A program made the position numbers and the translations under genes. A DNA stretch of 64,000 nucleotides from the IMG/VR virus record IMGVR_UViG_2974546594_000001, positions 57,536-121,535 of that record. One strand, written 5' to 3'. The notes below the pieces were generated by a model. That model did no database searches, was not told where the DNA came from, and saw only the letters and a program-made list of their open reading frames with translations. Positions 9,205 to 19,178 of the stretch are shown in pieces. The first letter of the stretch is position 1, and every line of letters begins with the position of its first letter. The stretch is from a virus (taxonomy: Duplodnaviria > Heunggongvirae > Uroviricota > Caudoviricetes > Ackermannviridae).

Positions 9205-9903
9205 TCAATGTCTAGCGGGGAGAACTCCCACTGGTTCGATACCTTCCATCACCAGGGAGTTCACCCCAACATCACTCATTCGAATCCATACTTTACCGCC
9301 TGGTCTTATTTCATAGATGTTCATTTCATTACCCACAGCAGATCCATTAACGAAAACACCCTGAGTGGCAATTCGGATCGGAGATTTGGTGTTATTAACT
9401 ATCTGAAATGATATTGCAACGTCTCTGGTGATTTCTACGTCCCTTGCTTGAGTATTCCTTCTGAGTTTGTCAAAGAAAGAAGGGTTGAAAGTCGCTATGA
9501 TGCTATTATTCTGAGAGTAATAAATACTTGCGGATAGATATGGGATCTTTCCTTCGTCACCTTTCCTCAATAGGGGAATCGTGGTTTTCCAGTATGGTCT
9601 CAGTGACTGGTTGTTATCATCAAAACAACCAACAGCTTGAAGAGTCTGGAAGTTCTGAAAATCAGATACTACTTGATTCAGAATATTTTTATTGCATTTA
9701 TCAATGTCGGCTGAGATGTTAACAGGTATGGTTCTGATTTCAGGATCCCAGAGGTCGGTTACAGAAATGACGGACGTGACAAAGATACGGCAACTTGTGA
9801 GTGCAAGCACCATTATCATCGTCATGATCCATTTTCTGAATCCGCGTGTCAGGAACACTAAAACGTTCTCCACAGCAAAGGTGCTAACATGACAGGTGTA
9901 CAA
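9205..9903 (-). CDS. predicted lipoprotein (signal peptide with lipobox LALTS-C). The true start may be the internal Met at 9825
   Basis: Reverse-strand ORF with no competing + ORF. h-region IMTMIMVLAL followed by LTSC, with RGFRKW n-region if started upstream. Beta-rich mature part. Confidence 0.5.
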   Translation of the reverse strand: MYTCHVSTFAVENVLVFLTRGFRKWIMTMIMVLALTSCRIFVTSVISVTDLWDPEIRTIPVNISADIDKCNKNILNQVVSDFQNFQTLQAVGCFDDNNQSLRPYWKTTIPLLRKGDEGKIPYLSASIYYSQNNSIIATFNPSFFDKLRRNTQARDVEITRDVAISFQIVNNTKSPIRIATQGVFVNGSAVGNEMNIYEIRPGGKVWIRMSDVGVNSLVMEGIEPVGVLPARH

Positions 9904-10386
9904 TTCAAAAACGAAAATCCTAATTTCGCGGCTTCCGATAAATGGCGCTTAACTATCGGAGACCTGATATTGCTTACTCGTTCAATACATGACTTCAGTA
10001 TTCCTGGAGTGTATTCTGAAGGTATCGAGGGTCCATCCCCTGGCGATGTGCTCAACTCCATACCTTCAGAACGTCTCACGTATGACCCCATCGTATTTAC
10101 GTTCGTTATCGATGAGAGTTGGTACAACTGGGAACAGATTTACAATTGGATTGCGTCCAATGCTGGATCTGATTTAGCTGTTAGCCGTGACATCACCATC
10201 GACCTTCTTGATAACATGAATCGCCCTGTTGGTCTACAATTGTTGTTGGAAGAAGCCCGTCCCACAGCTTTGGATAACGTATTGGTGGATGTGGATGCTG
10301 CAGTTCCCCAACTGGTCACGACTGTCACGTTCAAATATTTGAAACTGACTCCGACTCGCGTCACCCGCGAAATTGATAAACAATAA
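9889..10386 (+). CDS. tail-tube-fold protein (gp19 / gp48 / gp54 family-like)
   Basis: 165 aa, about the size of T4 gp19 (163 aa). Loose pattern similarity: DPIVFTFVIDESWYNWEQIYNWI vs DDWTVTVMNDEAHDARQKFVDWQ, and a C-terminal VTTVTFKY block. Confidence 0.35.
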   Translation: MTGVQFKNENPNFAASDKWRLTIGDLILLTRSIHDFSIPGVYSEGIEGPSPGDVLNSIPSERLTYDPIVFTFVIDESWYNWEQIYNWIASNAGSDLAVSRDITIDLLDNMNRPVGLQLLLEEARPTALDNVLVDVDAAVPQLVTTVTFKYLKLTPTRVTREIDKQ

Positions 10387-10424
10387 GTTATAATACAGAG
10401 AGTTGAAACAGCAGGGAATAAATC

Positions 10425-10880
10425 ATGAGCGAAACAAAACTTGAAACGATGAAAACCGAAGATATAATGGCAGAATTGGAACCTCTTATTTCGGTAAATC
10501 CTGAAGACATGAACTTAGACCAAATGTCATTGAAAATTGGTCGTTCGTGGATGACTGTGCAACGCCATTATATTCGTGAAGGAAGATATCTGGAGTATCT
10601 AACTGGCAAATTCCGCCAAATAGATCTCTATTTACGCCGATTTTATGCAGGGGAATTGCCGCCCAACGTTTATGTTGAACGCCCATTAAAAGTTCGACCC
10701 CTGAAATCTGATATAGACGTATGGGTAAAAGCAGATGATGATTATATCGAATTGTCTAGCATGCTTCAAGAGCAGAAAGCCAAAGTCAAGTTCATCGAAA
10801 GTTGCTTAGATCGTTTGAACAAACTCGGATATGAAGTGAAGAATGCTATTGATTGGCGAAAATATTTGGATGGGATGTAA
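10425..10880 (+). CDS. hypothetical coiled-coil protein (151 aa). UvsY-like position upstream of uvsW
   Basis: Position only. No confident motif. Confidence 0.5.
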   Translation: MSETKLETMKTEDIMAELEPLISVNPEDMNLDQMSLKIGRSWMTVQRHYIREGRYLEYLTGKFRQIDLYLRRFYAGELPPNVYVERPLKVRPLKSDIDVWVKADDDYIELSSMLQEQKAKVKFIESCLDRLNKLGYEVKNAIDWRKYLDGM

Positions 10881-11626
10881 TGGTTTCTCTACAGGCTTTG
10901 CGCAAACTTAATGACTTTGAAAATCGTCATCATACATTTCAGCAATATTCCTTGCCGTTTAAGGAACTGACTTGCGTAACTACCGAAAATGGTCGTCACT
11001 ATGTTTCTCCCACTGGAGTCAAACTAACTTCAGTGACGACCATGTTAGGGCGTACTGGTGACCACACATGGTTAGAAGCCTGGCGGGACAAGTTGGGGCA
11101 TGAAGCTGCTGATATAGAAACACATCGTTGCGCAGACCGTGGGGAAAAACTTCATTTGGCTTGTGAGTTGTATCTCAAAAACAGACCAATGAAGGAAGTT
11201 CTGGAAGCTGCAGGGGAATACGTGTTTATGTTCAAACAGGTTTTCCCCTACCTTAACAAAATGAGCAAGATATATGCACAAGAGATTCCATTATATAGCG
11301 AAGTCCTGGGTCTTGCTGGTCGTGTTGACCTTATCGGGGTTTACGAAGGAATTCCAAGCATAATCGATTTCAAAACATCTAACACCCTAAAAACTCGAAG
11401 CATGATAGAAGATTATAGTATTCAATTGTGTCTATACTCAGTCATGTTTCAACAAATGTTTAACGTCAAGATAGAGCGTTTAATCAATATTATATCCAAC
11501 GAAAATGCCCTTGTTCCCACCATAATCGAATTCGATCGCAAAGACGTTATTTCTAAAATGTTTGACCGTGTCCGTCTGTATCATAAAATGGATAAAGAAC
11601 AGAAAGGAATCTGGGCGGATCGCTAA
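10880..11626 (+). CDS. putative PD-(D/E)xK nuclease
   Basis: GRVDLIGV...SIIDFKTS gives a D-x(n)-D/E-x-K arrangement. Start overlaps the previous stop (TAATG). Confidence 0.45.
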   Translation: MVSLQALRKLNDFENRHHTFQQYSLPFKELTCVTTENGRHYVSPTGVKLTSVTTMLGRTGDHTWLEAWRDKLGHEAADIETHRCADRGEKLHLACELYLKNRPMKEVLEAAGEYVFMFKQVFPYLNKMSKIYAQEIPLYSEVLGLAGRVDLIGVYEGIPSIIDFKTSNTLKTRSMIEDYSIQLCLYSVMFQQMFNVKIERLINIISNENALVPTIIEFDRKDVISKMFDRVRLYHKMDKEQKGIWADR

Positions 11627-11655
11627 ATACTCCATAATATTGGGGGAAATTAGTG

Positions 11656-13155
11656 ATGTCTGAGATCCAAATAGTCAAAGTGAACGAAGTTAGAATGCGG
11701 ATCCTCGCCGAGGATTATATCCGTGAAGAACTCAACGATTACTTCAAATTTGAAGATCCTAATTTCCAACCGAATCCGTTCAGTAAATGGGACGGCGTAG
11801 TGCGGCTGTTCACAAAGAGTTCTGGGCTTATCGACATCGGCCTGTTATTTGAGGTGTTCAAATTCTGTAAGATGAACGGTTACACCATCAAATTAGATCC
11901 AGCCTTAAAATATATTCAAGATATTCCGGATGAAGAAATTCATGCGTTCATCGATACATTGAATGCGGTGTACCGAGACGAAAACAAACAATATCAAAAA
12001 GCGATTGTCCGCGATTATCAATTTGATTCTGTTTCCACAGCAATACGCCAAAGCAGATGTGTCCTCGAAGCCGCCACGAGTGCTGGCAAATCCTTTATTT
12101 TGTACATCATGGCGCGTTACTACAGGCAACGCAGAGATGCTCTCGAAAGTAATCTGAGGACGTTAATCGTTGTACCATCCATTCATCTGGTGACTCAGTT
12201 GTATGACAACTTCGAAGAATATAGCCACGGGACAGAATGGAAGCCATTGATGAACGTCCAGACAATATACGAAGGGGCAACGAAAGAGATTTTCAAACCC
12301 ATAGTTATTTCAACTTGGCAAGGTATCCAGAACCAACCCAAAGAGTGGTTCCATCAATTTGGAGATATCGTCGTCGACGAAGTACATACATCAAAATCAG
12401 ATAAATTGTCTTACATCTTGAACAACTGTATTAACGCTGATCAACGTTTGGGAGTAACCGGAACCCTGGCGAATACAAAGGTCGCAGGGTTACAAGTCGT
12501 TGCTCACTTTGGCGCATATCATAAAATTATTACAGCGCGCGATTTAATCGATCTAGGATATGCGGCGGACATCAATGTTAATATGATTGAAGTCATACAT
12601 CCTATGGCAGACTGTATTGAAATGCACGGTGCTGAGTATCAAAAGGAAATAGAATTCCTCATTGCTAATGAACGCCGCAATGAATTGATAGCCCGAATGG
12701 CTCTATCTTTGAAAGGGAACGTCGCAGTAATGTTCGAACGTATCGATGCACACATGATGTTGGTTTATGAAATGCTATCGGCAGTCAAGAAAAACGTATT
12801 CGTCATCAACGGGGAAGTCAAGACAGAAGTTCGTAAACAGATTCAGGCTGCTATGGAAGAAGGTGAAGATATAACACTGTTGGCTTCATACGGTACTATG
12901 CAACAGGGCGTATCTATCAAAAAACTCCATCATCTGATATTGGCCCATCCCAGCAAATCTTATATCCGTGTTATACAGACATTGGGGCGTTTGATGCGTC
13001 AGCATTCCTCTAAGGATGTTGCGCGAATCTGGGACCTGGTAGACAACCTGCGTTACAACGGTTCCTACAACCATGCTCTCAGGCATTCTCATGAGAGATA
13101 TAAATTTTATCTTATGGAGCGCCACCCTGTTAAAATGAAAAAAGTGGCGCTCTAA
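11656..13155 (+). CDS. uvsW: UvsW helicase (SF2, RNA-DNA and branch migration helicase)
   Basis: Walker A ATSAGKSF, Walker B VVDEVH, KEWFHQFG, TWQGI. Close motif correspondence to T4 UvsW. Confidence 0.85.
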   Translation: MSEIQIVKVNEVRMRILAEDYIREELNDYFKFEDPNFQPNPFSKWDGVVRLFTKSSGLIDIGLLFEVFKFCKMNGYTIKLDPALKYIQDIPDEEIHAFIDTLNAVYRDENKQYQKAIVRDYQFDSVSTAIRQSRCVLEAATSAGKSFILYIMARYYRQRRDALESNLRTLIVVPSIHLVTQLYDNFEEYSHGTEWKPLMNVQTIYEGATKEIFKPIVISTWQGIQNQPKEWFHQFGDIVVDEVHTSKSDKLSYILNNCINADQRLGVTGTLANTKVAGLQVVAHFGAYHKIITARDLIDLGYAADINVNMIEVIHPMADCIEMHGAEYQKEIEFLIANERRNELIARMALSLKGNVAVMFERIDAHMMLVYEMLSAVKKNVFVINGEVKTEVRKQIQAAMEEGEDITLLASYGTMQQGVSIKKLHHLILAHPSKSYIRVIQTLGRLMRQHSSKDVARIWDLVDNLRYNGSYNHALRHSHERYKFYLMERHPVKMKKVAL

Positions 13156-13160
13156 CCATT

Positions 13161-13526
13161 TCAAAGATCTTGGTTCACATAGGCGGGGGTTGCCTCGCCT
13201 TCTTTGTTGGAACCAAATAAACAGTCGATCGTGCCAATACATTGTTGTAGCACTTTCGGCTCAAGAATCTGAGAAAACAATTCTTCATTAGATGCCAGCA
13301 ATGGAACAACTTTCACTTCCCGCGCCTGGCCTTGTTGAATAATGCCAACATACAGACCTTTGTTATTTGGGAGTAATGGTATCACCAACATCGGTGTCAC
13401 AATAAACCCCGATGTACAGAAAAGGCTTTGTAAATAAACGCCTTTTAATGACGAACGTTGTTCTGATATGGAAAGAATTGCTTCTTGGTCTTCCCCTACT
13501 GCGTATAAACCAACAAATTGCTTCAT
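13161..13526 (-). CDS. hypothetical protein (121 aa), convergent with uvsW
   Basis: Weak SD. No motifs. Confidence 0.4.
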   Translation of the reverse strand: MKQFVGLYAVGEDQEAILSISEQRSSLKGVYLQSLFCTSGFIVTPMLVIPLLPNNKGLYVGIIQQGQAREVKVVPLLASNEELFSQILEPKVLQQCIGTIDCLFGSNKEGEATPAYVNQDL

Positions 13527-13865
13527 ATATTATTTCTCACGTGTTAGCAAACTTGACTACATAATAATGTCATGCTCTGTTTAGACCAAATAAAATATTT
13601 TAATTGTTGAATAAAAATCGCTTTCTTGTTGAACAATCCGTGCGTAATATACGAGTTGTGAGCTTTGCGAGCAACGAGTATTATCACGAGCGAAGCGAGT
13701 AGACTGATAAAGAAAGGTTTTATTAAAACAGAATATTATAAATGCCGTCAGGCATTTATTTATCGCGCGTAGGGCAATTTATCACTTGTTCTATAACTAC
13801 AAACACGCGATACTAATTTGCGTCAAATATGACTTGAACCCCACTATATTTTGAGGATACAACTA

Positions 13866-14534
13866 ATGCAAGAGATCACTCTCTCCGAACGCACTTTACA
13901 ACTGCTGGCTAACTTTGAAACCATCTGCCCATCTATCGTTCTGGCACCTGGTAAAAAGTTGCGCACTGTTAACGATTCCAGTACAGTTATCGCTATTGCC
14001 GACATTGACGAAGACTTCCCGTTCGAATTCCCGATTCTGGATCTGACCAAATTGCTGGCAATCCAGCGTCTGCCGAGTTTTAAAGGCGGTAAAATTGAAA
14101 TGTCGGAAGACCACATTTTGCTGAAAGGTGAAAACTCCCAACTGCAATTCTGGCGTTCCGCTAAAGAACTGACTGTCGTTCCGGCAGACAGCATCGATCT
14201 TCCGTCTGTAGAATTTGAAGCAACGGTCACTCCTGAAAAAATGAAAGAGCTGACTCGCGCCTGTTCTACTCTGGGTCACAAAACTGTACGTCTGGTTGCC
14301 AGCGGCGGTAAAACTCGTCTGGTGGGCACGACCACTACTATCGATAATTCCAACGATTACACTGTTGAGTTGGGTGAAACAACTCTGGGTGATTTTGCTA
14401 TGCCTGTTGATGTGGTCAACCTGAAAATGATCGAAGGCAACTACGTGATCCGCGCCTGTGCCGAAATGCAACTGGTTAACTTCCAATCCGCAGATGGCAC
14501 CATCAACTATTACGTCGGCATGCAGCTGGATTAA
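13866..14534 (+). CDS. 45: sliding clamp gp45
   Basis: 223 aa. N-terminal LQLLANFETI vs T4 ALLKNFATI. SD GAGGA at 13853. Confidence 0.85.
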   Translation: MQEITLSERTLQLLANFETICPSIVLAPGKKLRTVNDSSTVIAIADIDEDFPFEFPILDLTKLLAIQRLPSFKGGKIEMSEDHILLKGENSQLQFWRSAKELTVVPADSIDLPSVEFEATVTPEKMKELTRACSTLGHKTVRLVASGGKTRLVGTTTTIDNSNDYTVELGETTLGDFAMPVDVVNLKMIEGNYVIRACAEMQLVNFQSADGTINYYVGMQLD

Positions 14535-14612
14535 TCAATAACGATTCGGCGCTTTATTATCGGTGGCGGGGGTTTCCCCGCCCTTTGAAACGTTTTATCT
14601 AAAGAGGCTGCA

Positions 14613-15602
14613 ATGTCTAACATCACTATCGTCACAGATCAATACGCGTGGGAAAACAAATATCGCCCTGACAATCTGGATGAGATCGTCCTCCCTTCAG
14701 ACGTCCGTGCAAAAATCCATGGCTATGTTACATCAGGCAATGGAAACATCCCCTCAATGCTGTTCTATTCCCCTCAGCCTGGCACGGGCAAGACTACTTC
14801 TGCTCTGGCTGTGTGCAACGAAATCGGTTGTATCAAACCGTTGATGATCAATGCGTCACTGGATAACAGCATTGATGTCATCCGTGACCGTGTTATTCAA
14901 TACGCAACTGGCGTCAGTGTTTTCGGTGGCCGCAAAGTCGTTATCCTCGATGAAGTTGAGCGACTTTCCATGGCGGCGCAGGAATCCCTGAAAGGCATCG
15001 TAGAGAAAGTCTCCAAAAACTGCTCCTTCATCCTGACGACTAATGCGAAACAGCGCGTTAACGAACCTCTGCGTTCCCGCTGTCGTGAAATTGATTTTAT
15101 CTGGTCCGAAAAGGAAGCAGATGAAGTTAAACTCCAATTCATGCGTCGTTGCGCAACTATCCTGACAGAGGAAGGCATTCCGTATGAAGCTGGTGTAATT
15201 GCTTCCATTGTGAAAGCATATTTCCCAGATAATCGCAAAATTATGGGAACTCTTCAGGATAATGCCACCACGTTTGGTAAAATCGATGAACGCGCTCTGG
15301 CACAGGTTAAAGCAGGGGAATTCCAAGCGTTGGTTGATTTCCTGAAAACCAATGATTGGGCTGGGATGAAGCAGTGGGTGACCGACAACCAAAACTACAT
15401 CACTGAAGATTTTTATTCCCGTTTCTTCCATTTCTGCGTTCCCCAGAACAAGGAAAAGACTCCTTTGATTCAAAACGAGTCAATCCCTGATCTGGTATGT
15501 GTCTGTGGTCAGTCTCAGATTGAACATCGTTCCGTCGGCGACGTCTGGTTACACGGCGTTTACTTCTTGACTAACGTCATGCTCAACATCAAATGGAAGT
15601 AA
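14613..15602 (+). CDS. 44: clamp loader large subunit gp44 (AAA+)
   Basis: Walker A SPQPGTGKTT, ILDEVER, SRC motif. Confidence 0.9.
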   Translation: MSNITIVTDQYAWENKYRPDNLDEIVLPSDVRAKIHGYVTSGNGNIPSMLFYSPQPGTGKTTSALAVCNEIGCIKPLMINASLDNSIDVIRDRVIQYATGVSVFGGRKVVILDEVERLSMAAQESLKGIVEKVSKNCSFILTTNAKQRVNEPLRSRCREIDFIWSEKEADEVKLQFMRRCATILTEEGIPYEAGVIASIVKAYFPDNRKIMGTLQDNATTFGKIDERALAQVKAGEFQALVDFLKTNDWAGMKQWVTDNQNYITEDFYSRFFHFCVPQNKEKTPLIQNESIPDLVCVCGQSQIEHRSVGDVWLHGVYFLTNVMLNIKWK

Positions 15603-15606
15603 TATT

Positions 15607-16029
15607 ATGGCCGCTCCGTCACTGTTCGATTACCTCGGTGCGTTGAATAGCACCAAAGAGAATCTGTTGATGACCGAAGACCCCGAAATCAGAAAGGCAT
15701 TTGATCCTTTCATGACTCGGCGCGGCCTTGCTCAGAGTAAAGACACGCTTGTGGTTGCTGAACAAATGAACCGCTTCCATGCCATTACTCCTTGGATGCA
15801 ATGGAACCTGGCGTTTCATAGCATTCCGGCAAAACGTCGCTATGACAAGTGGTCTAAGAAGGGAGCTATGGATCCTGATGTGAAATTGATTTCTGAGTAT
15901 TATTACATCAGTCCTGAAAAGGCTTCAGAATATGTTCGATTCCTGCCGAAAGAAGTCCTGGCTGAAATCAAGGCGAAGGTCGAACGTTCCAACAGCAACG
16001 AAAAAGCCAAACCGCGCAAGGCTAAGTAA
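15607..16029 (+). CDS. 62: clamp loader small subunit gp62
   Basis: AKRRYDKWSKK vs T4 GKRYGKWAK. Position after 44. Confidence 0.7.
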   Translation: MAAPSLFDYLGALNSTKENLLMTEDPEIRKAFDPFMTRRGLAQSKDTLVVAEQMNRFHAITPWMQWNLAFHSIPAKRRYDKWSKKGAMDPDVKLISEYYYISPEKASEYVRFLPKEVLAEIKAKVERSNSNEKAKPRKAK

Positions 16030-16058
16030 TTCAAATAATTGTTAAAGGGGTATGAGTC

Positions 16059-16523
16059 ATGGCGCGTAATACGCTGGACATCTTAAAACTTTCAGCTGTC
16101 AACGATGAGGCCAGCATTGTTGACTGTATGGTTGAAGTTCAATTGAACCAAGACAAACCAGGGATTTTCCTGGGTATCAAGGAAACGCTGAGTCGGATAG
16201 GGGTTAACACTCGTCAAGAGCCTAACACCTTGTATCAAACGTGCCATATCCTGCATAAATTTGGCAGATATCACATCGTGCATTTCAAGCATTTGTTCAT
16301 GCTAGATGGGCACTACAACGGCTTTACGCGTGAAGATGTCCTGCGTATGAATCGGATTATACGGCTTCTGGAGCAATGGAATATGGTTAAGATCTTGCAT
16401 CCGGAACAAATAACCGAAGTGGCTGACATGTCTCGGATCAAAGTTGTAAAACATGACCAAGTTTCTGAGTGGAAATTGGTTCCAAAATACACTATTCGCC
16501 CAAGTCGGGCAAAAAGCGAATAA
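16059..16523 (+). CDS. regA: translational repressor RegA (N-terminal extension relative to T4; alternative start at 16128)
   Basis: IKETLSRIG, LYQTCHIL, YHIVHFK, MLDG, WKLVPKYTI all match T4 RegA. Confidence 0.85.
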   Translation: MARNTLDILKLSAVNDEASIVDCMVEVQLNQDKPGIFLGIKETLSRIGVNTRQEPNTLYQTCHILHKFGRYHIVHFKHLFMLDGHYNGFTREDVLRMNRIIRLLEQWNMVKILHPEQITEVADMSRIKVVKHDQVSEWKLVPKYTIRPSRAKSE

Positions 16524-16539
16524 CTGGAGTCGCTATATT

Positions 16540-17403
16540 ATGACAACTACATTTAATAAAAACGTGAGATTGAATTTGGCTTTTGGTAATGCGGCTGGAG
16601 ATATTACAGCCCCTGACTTCGGTAAAATTCGCAATCAGGCCAAACTGGTTCTGGAAGAGACCCGCGAATTACTGGAAGCGGCTTATTTCGATCATGACAT
16701 CAAACTTGAGCTGGTGGCAACTCCAAAAGAAGACACCGATGATGTTGATATGGATAAAATCCTGAAAGCCATCATGGACGCTCAGGGTGATATCACAACT
16801 GTTAATGACGGCGTGGCCCATATCGCTGGTTTTAATGGTGATGAATGTTTACAACGTGTGTTTGCCTCTAACATGAGCAAATTTATTCGCTCAGAAGATG
16901 AAGTCGGTCCGGCACTGGAATATTATTATTCACGCGGTTTCCCAGATGGCCAGTTACGCGTTGAAGGTGAATTCCCTCAGGCATGCATCAAAGTGAATGA
17001 GACTGTGATGTGGAATGGCAAAGAATATCCGAAAGGAAAATTCCTGAAAAACATGGCTGTGTTCAAAGAGCCTGATTTCTCTGATATGCTGACGAATACC
17101 CCTTCCCGTCAGATCAATGACATCGTTGCCAGCATGGCAATTGAAGAAGGTCAGGTATTTGTTGATGATATGAACGGCGTGGCGTTGGTATCTCCAAAAA
17201 CGTTGGAAGTAATTCTTTCTATGGCAGTTGAAAAATCTTCTCGACCCGTAGATGTTAACGGCCAAATTGAAAGTTATGTGCCAGCGTATATCATTAACGA
17301 TACCAATATGCCTAAGCTGTGTGGGGTGTGGGGTGCTAATGTTCGTGTATACGCGTGCGCACCTGTTCAAAACACTGTGACACACCTCTCTCGCTTCGAT
17401 TAA
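16540..17403 (+). CDS. hypothetical protein. N-terminus is MazG-like NTP pyrophosphohydrolase-like (possible dCTPase/gp56 analogue)
   Basis: SD GGAG. LVLEETRELLEAA resembles the MazG EExxE helix. Occupies the position where T4 has gene 43. No polymerase motifs. Confidence 0.5.
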   Translation: MTTTFNKNVRLNLAFGNAAGDITAPDFGKIRNQAKLVLEETRELLEAAYFDHDIKLELVATPKEDTDDVDMDKILKAIMDAQGDITTVNDGVAHIAGFNGDECLQRVFASNMSKFIRSEDEVGPALEYYYSRGFPDGQLRVEGEFPQACIKVNETVMWNGKEYPKGKFLKNMAVFKEPDFSDMLTNTPSRQINDIVASMAIEEGQVFVDDMNGVALVSPKTLEVILSMAVEKSSRPVDVNGQIESYVPAYIINDTNMPKLCGVWGANVRVYACAPVQNTVTHLSRFD

Positions 17404-17472
17404 TATAATCCGTTATTCACTAAACAACAGAGGCTATAATGGCCTCTGTTTTTGTATTCTAGAGAGGATACC

Positions 17473-18678
17473 ATGAAAGATAAACCACATGACATCCCAT
17501 ATTGCGGTGTCCGTGAAACCAAAATCAAATCAGCCCATCCTATGTTAAGTTCATTCCACCGCCAGCTGGCATATGAATGGATGAGGGATCGTTATGCGAT
17601 ACATGTCAAGAAGGACGTGCAATGCCTTCCAGCGCCATGGACGGATAATCCGGTATTACGCCAAGTCAAGTTTTGTAACGTGCGGAGAGAGCACGATAGG
17701 CAGTCTCGAAATTTGATCAATAATATCATCCTCGATCAGGATCTCACGCTATCTGACAAAATGTTCAACTGTGTATTGTTCCGCATGTACAACATGTGGG
17801 AACCTATACAGGCTTTGGGTGGTCCATGGACGATCGAAGAATTCGGAAACATAAATCTTGAATGGTGTCGAGATGTTCTTCAGGAATTCGAATCTAAAGG
17901 TGGCAAAGTTTTCACCAATGCGTTTAATACAGGCGGTCTGAAACAATGCCTGGCTTTCCCTGAACTAGTTGTCAACCACAAGGAGCAACGCTTTGGCGGC
18001 ATGAAGGTAAAAGTCCATCGGGTTGGCGGTGTTATAGATGAAATGGATTACAAGGTTGCCAAGAAGCTGGCCGAAGATAATCCTGGTGAATACAAAATAG
18101 AAGGCTGGGAACCATACATGCCGATGCGAGTCATCCGCTCTTTGAAGGCATTCGTCAACAAACACCCTCATTACTTTGATCGCCTCAGGGAATTTAGCCG
18201 TCCCGACTCTGTTTACCAGGCGATGTATGACGACATTGAGGGGCTTGGACCATTCTTGGCATACCAGATTTGGGTTGATTTTACATACATCGATGAATAT
18301 CCATTCAGTGAAAACCACTTCACTATCGCTGGTCCAGGTTGCCGTGCTGGTATCGATCTGTTATTTTTGGACAAGGACGGCATGACGCATGAAGAATGCA
18401 TATTCTGGGTTCGTGATCATCAAGATCAATTGTTCGCTCAGTACGGGTATAAACGTAATGAATTTTGGTCGGCAGAAGAACCGGAAGACCGTTGCATGAA
18501 TGTTATGCAGTTGGAGAACATGTTCTGTGAACTTCAGAAATATACCCGCTGCGTTGAGGCGGTGATGCGCGGGGAGAAACCTCGAGGAAAGGTGGGGTAT
18601 AATGGTGGTGAAGTTAATCAGCCATTACAGAAGACTCCCGTTCGTTCTATTAATCTGTTAGAGAAGATGAAAAAATGA
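17473..18678 (+). CDS. hypothetical protein (402 aa), no recognised motifs
   Basis: SD GAGAGGA. Long ORF with good codon usage. Confidence 0.6.
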   Translation: MKDKPHDIPYCGVRETKIKSAHPMLSSFHRQLAYEWMRDRYAIHVKKDVQCLPAPWTDNPVLRQVKFCNVRREHDRQSRNLINNIILDQDLTLSDKMFNCVLFRMYNMWEPIQALGGPWTIEEFGNINLEWCRDVLQEFESKGGKVFTNAFNTGGLKQCLAFPELVVNHKEQRFGGMKVKVHRVGGVIDEMDYKVAKKLAEDNPGEYKIEGWEPYMPMRVIRSLKAFVNKHPHYFDRLREFSRPDSVYQAMYDDIEGLGPFLAYQIWVDFTYIDEYPFSENHFTIAGPGCRAGIDLLFLDKDGMTHEECIFWVRDHQDQLFAQYGYKRNEFWSAEEPEDRCMNVMQLENMFCELQKYTRCVEAVMRGEKPRGKVGYNGGEVNQPLQKTPVRSINLLEKMKK

Positions 18679-19082
18679 AACCCGTAAAACATCATCGTTC
18701 ATGGAAAGTATGCCCAGCGTGTTCAAGTCGGGCGACAAAATTGTTCAACATGAATACTGGGAAATATGAATGTCAAGTCTGTCGGCATCATTATGATGAT
18801 CCAAAATGTCGATCTTTGGTCGACAAAATTTATAAATTTATCATTTTGTTGGGTAATTGCGAGCAATATCAATATACCGTGTATGGTGATAGTTTAAGCC
18901 AGATCGATAAACATCTTTTGAAATTGATTTCGAAATACGATAAAGAAAGCAAGCGCCCTGTGCGCGTTGTGAGTACTCCAAAGGGTTATCCAAAGGGAAC
19001 AAGATCAGTTACGGTTGTTGGTTACACCAGTTATGACGGGAAACGGTTCAGAAGTATTCGAGTAAACATGATTCCCGTTTAA
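18675..19082 (+). CDS. zinc-ribbon protein (CPAC...CQVC)
   Basis: CxxC-x16-CxxC. Overlapping start and stop (ATGA). Confidence 0.5.
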   Translation: MKPVKHHRSWKVCPACSSRATKLFNMNTGKYECQVCRHHYDDPKCRSLVDKIYKFIILLGNCEQYQYTVYGDSLSQIDKHLLKLISKYDKESKRPVRVVSTPKGYPKGTRSVTVVGYTSYDGKRFRSIRVNMIPV

Positions 19083-19083
19083 A

Positions 19084-19112
19084 CTTTTCAATAAATCTTT
19101 TCAGCGTATATT
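19084..19112 (+). promoter_or_regulatory. putative early promoter (-35 CTTTTC, 17-nt spacer containing CAATAA, -10 TATATT)
   Basis: Same spacer flavour as the PeSL promoters. Followed by the GC hairpin GCGCCC-CGATAA-GGGCGC. Confidence 0.35.
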
Positions 19113-19178
19113 GACCTCACTTTAACGACGCGCCCCGATAAGGGCGCTCACTTTGAACTGAAACAGGAAGACTATACC

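Noticed and set aside
13182-13199. GGCGAGGCAACCCCCGCC hairpin + TTTGAAATGG on the reverse strand near the uvsW 3' end as another copy of the 5' cassette
   Set aside because: Lies inside the C-terminal coding region of the 13161-13526 gene and is not followed by an ORF. Probably fortuitous or a bidirectional terminator.
13896-14486. 196-aa reverse-strand ORF inside gene 45
   Set aside because: Antisense shadow of the sliding-clamp gene.
14856-15473. 205-aa reverse-strand ORF inside gene 44
   Set aside because: Antisense shadow. No start context.
16453-17403. Expectation from T4 synteny that the ORF after regA is DNA polymerase gp43
   Set aside because: 316/287-aa product lacks all family-B polymerase motifs. 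Reannotated as MazG-like or hypothetical.
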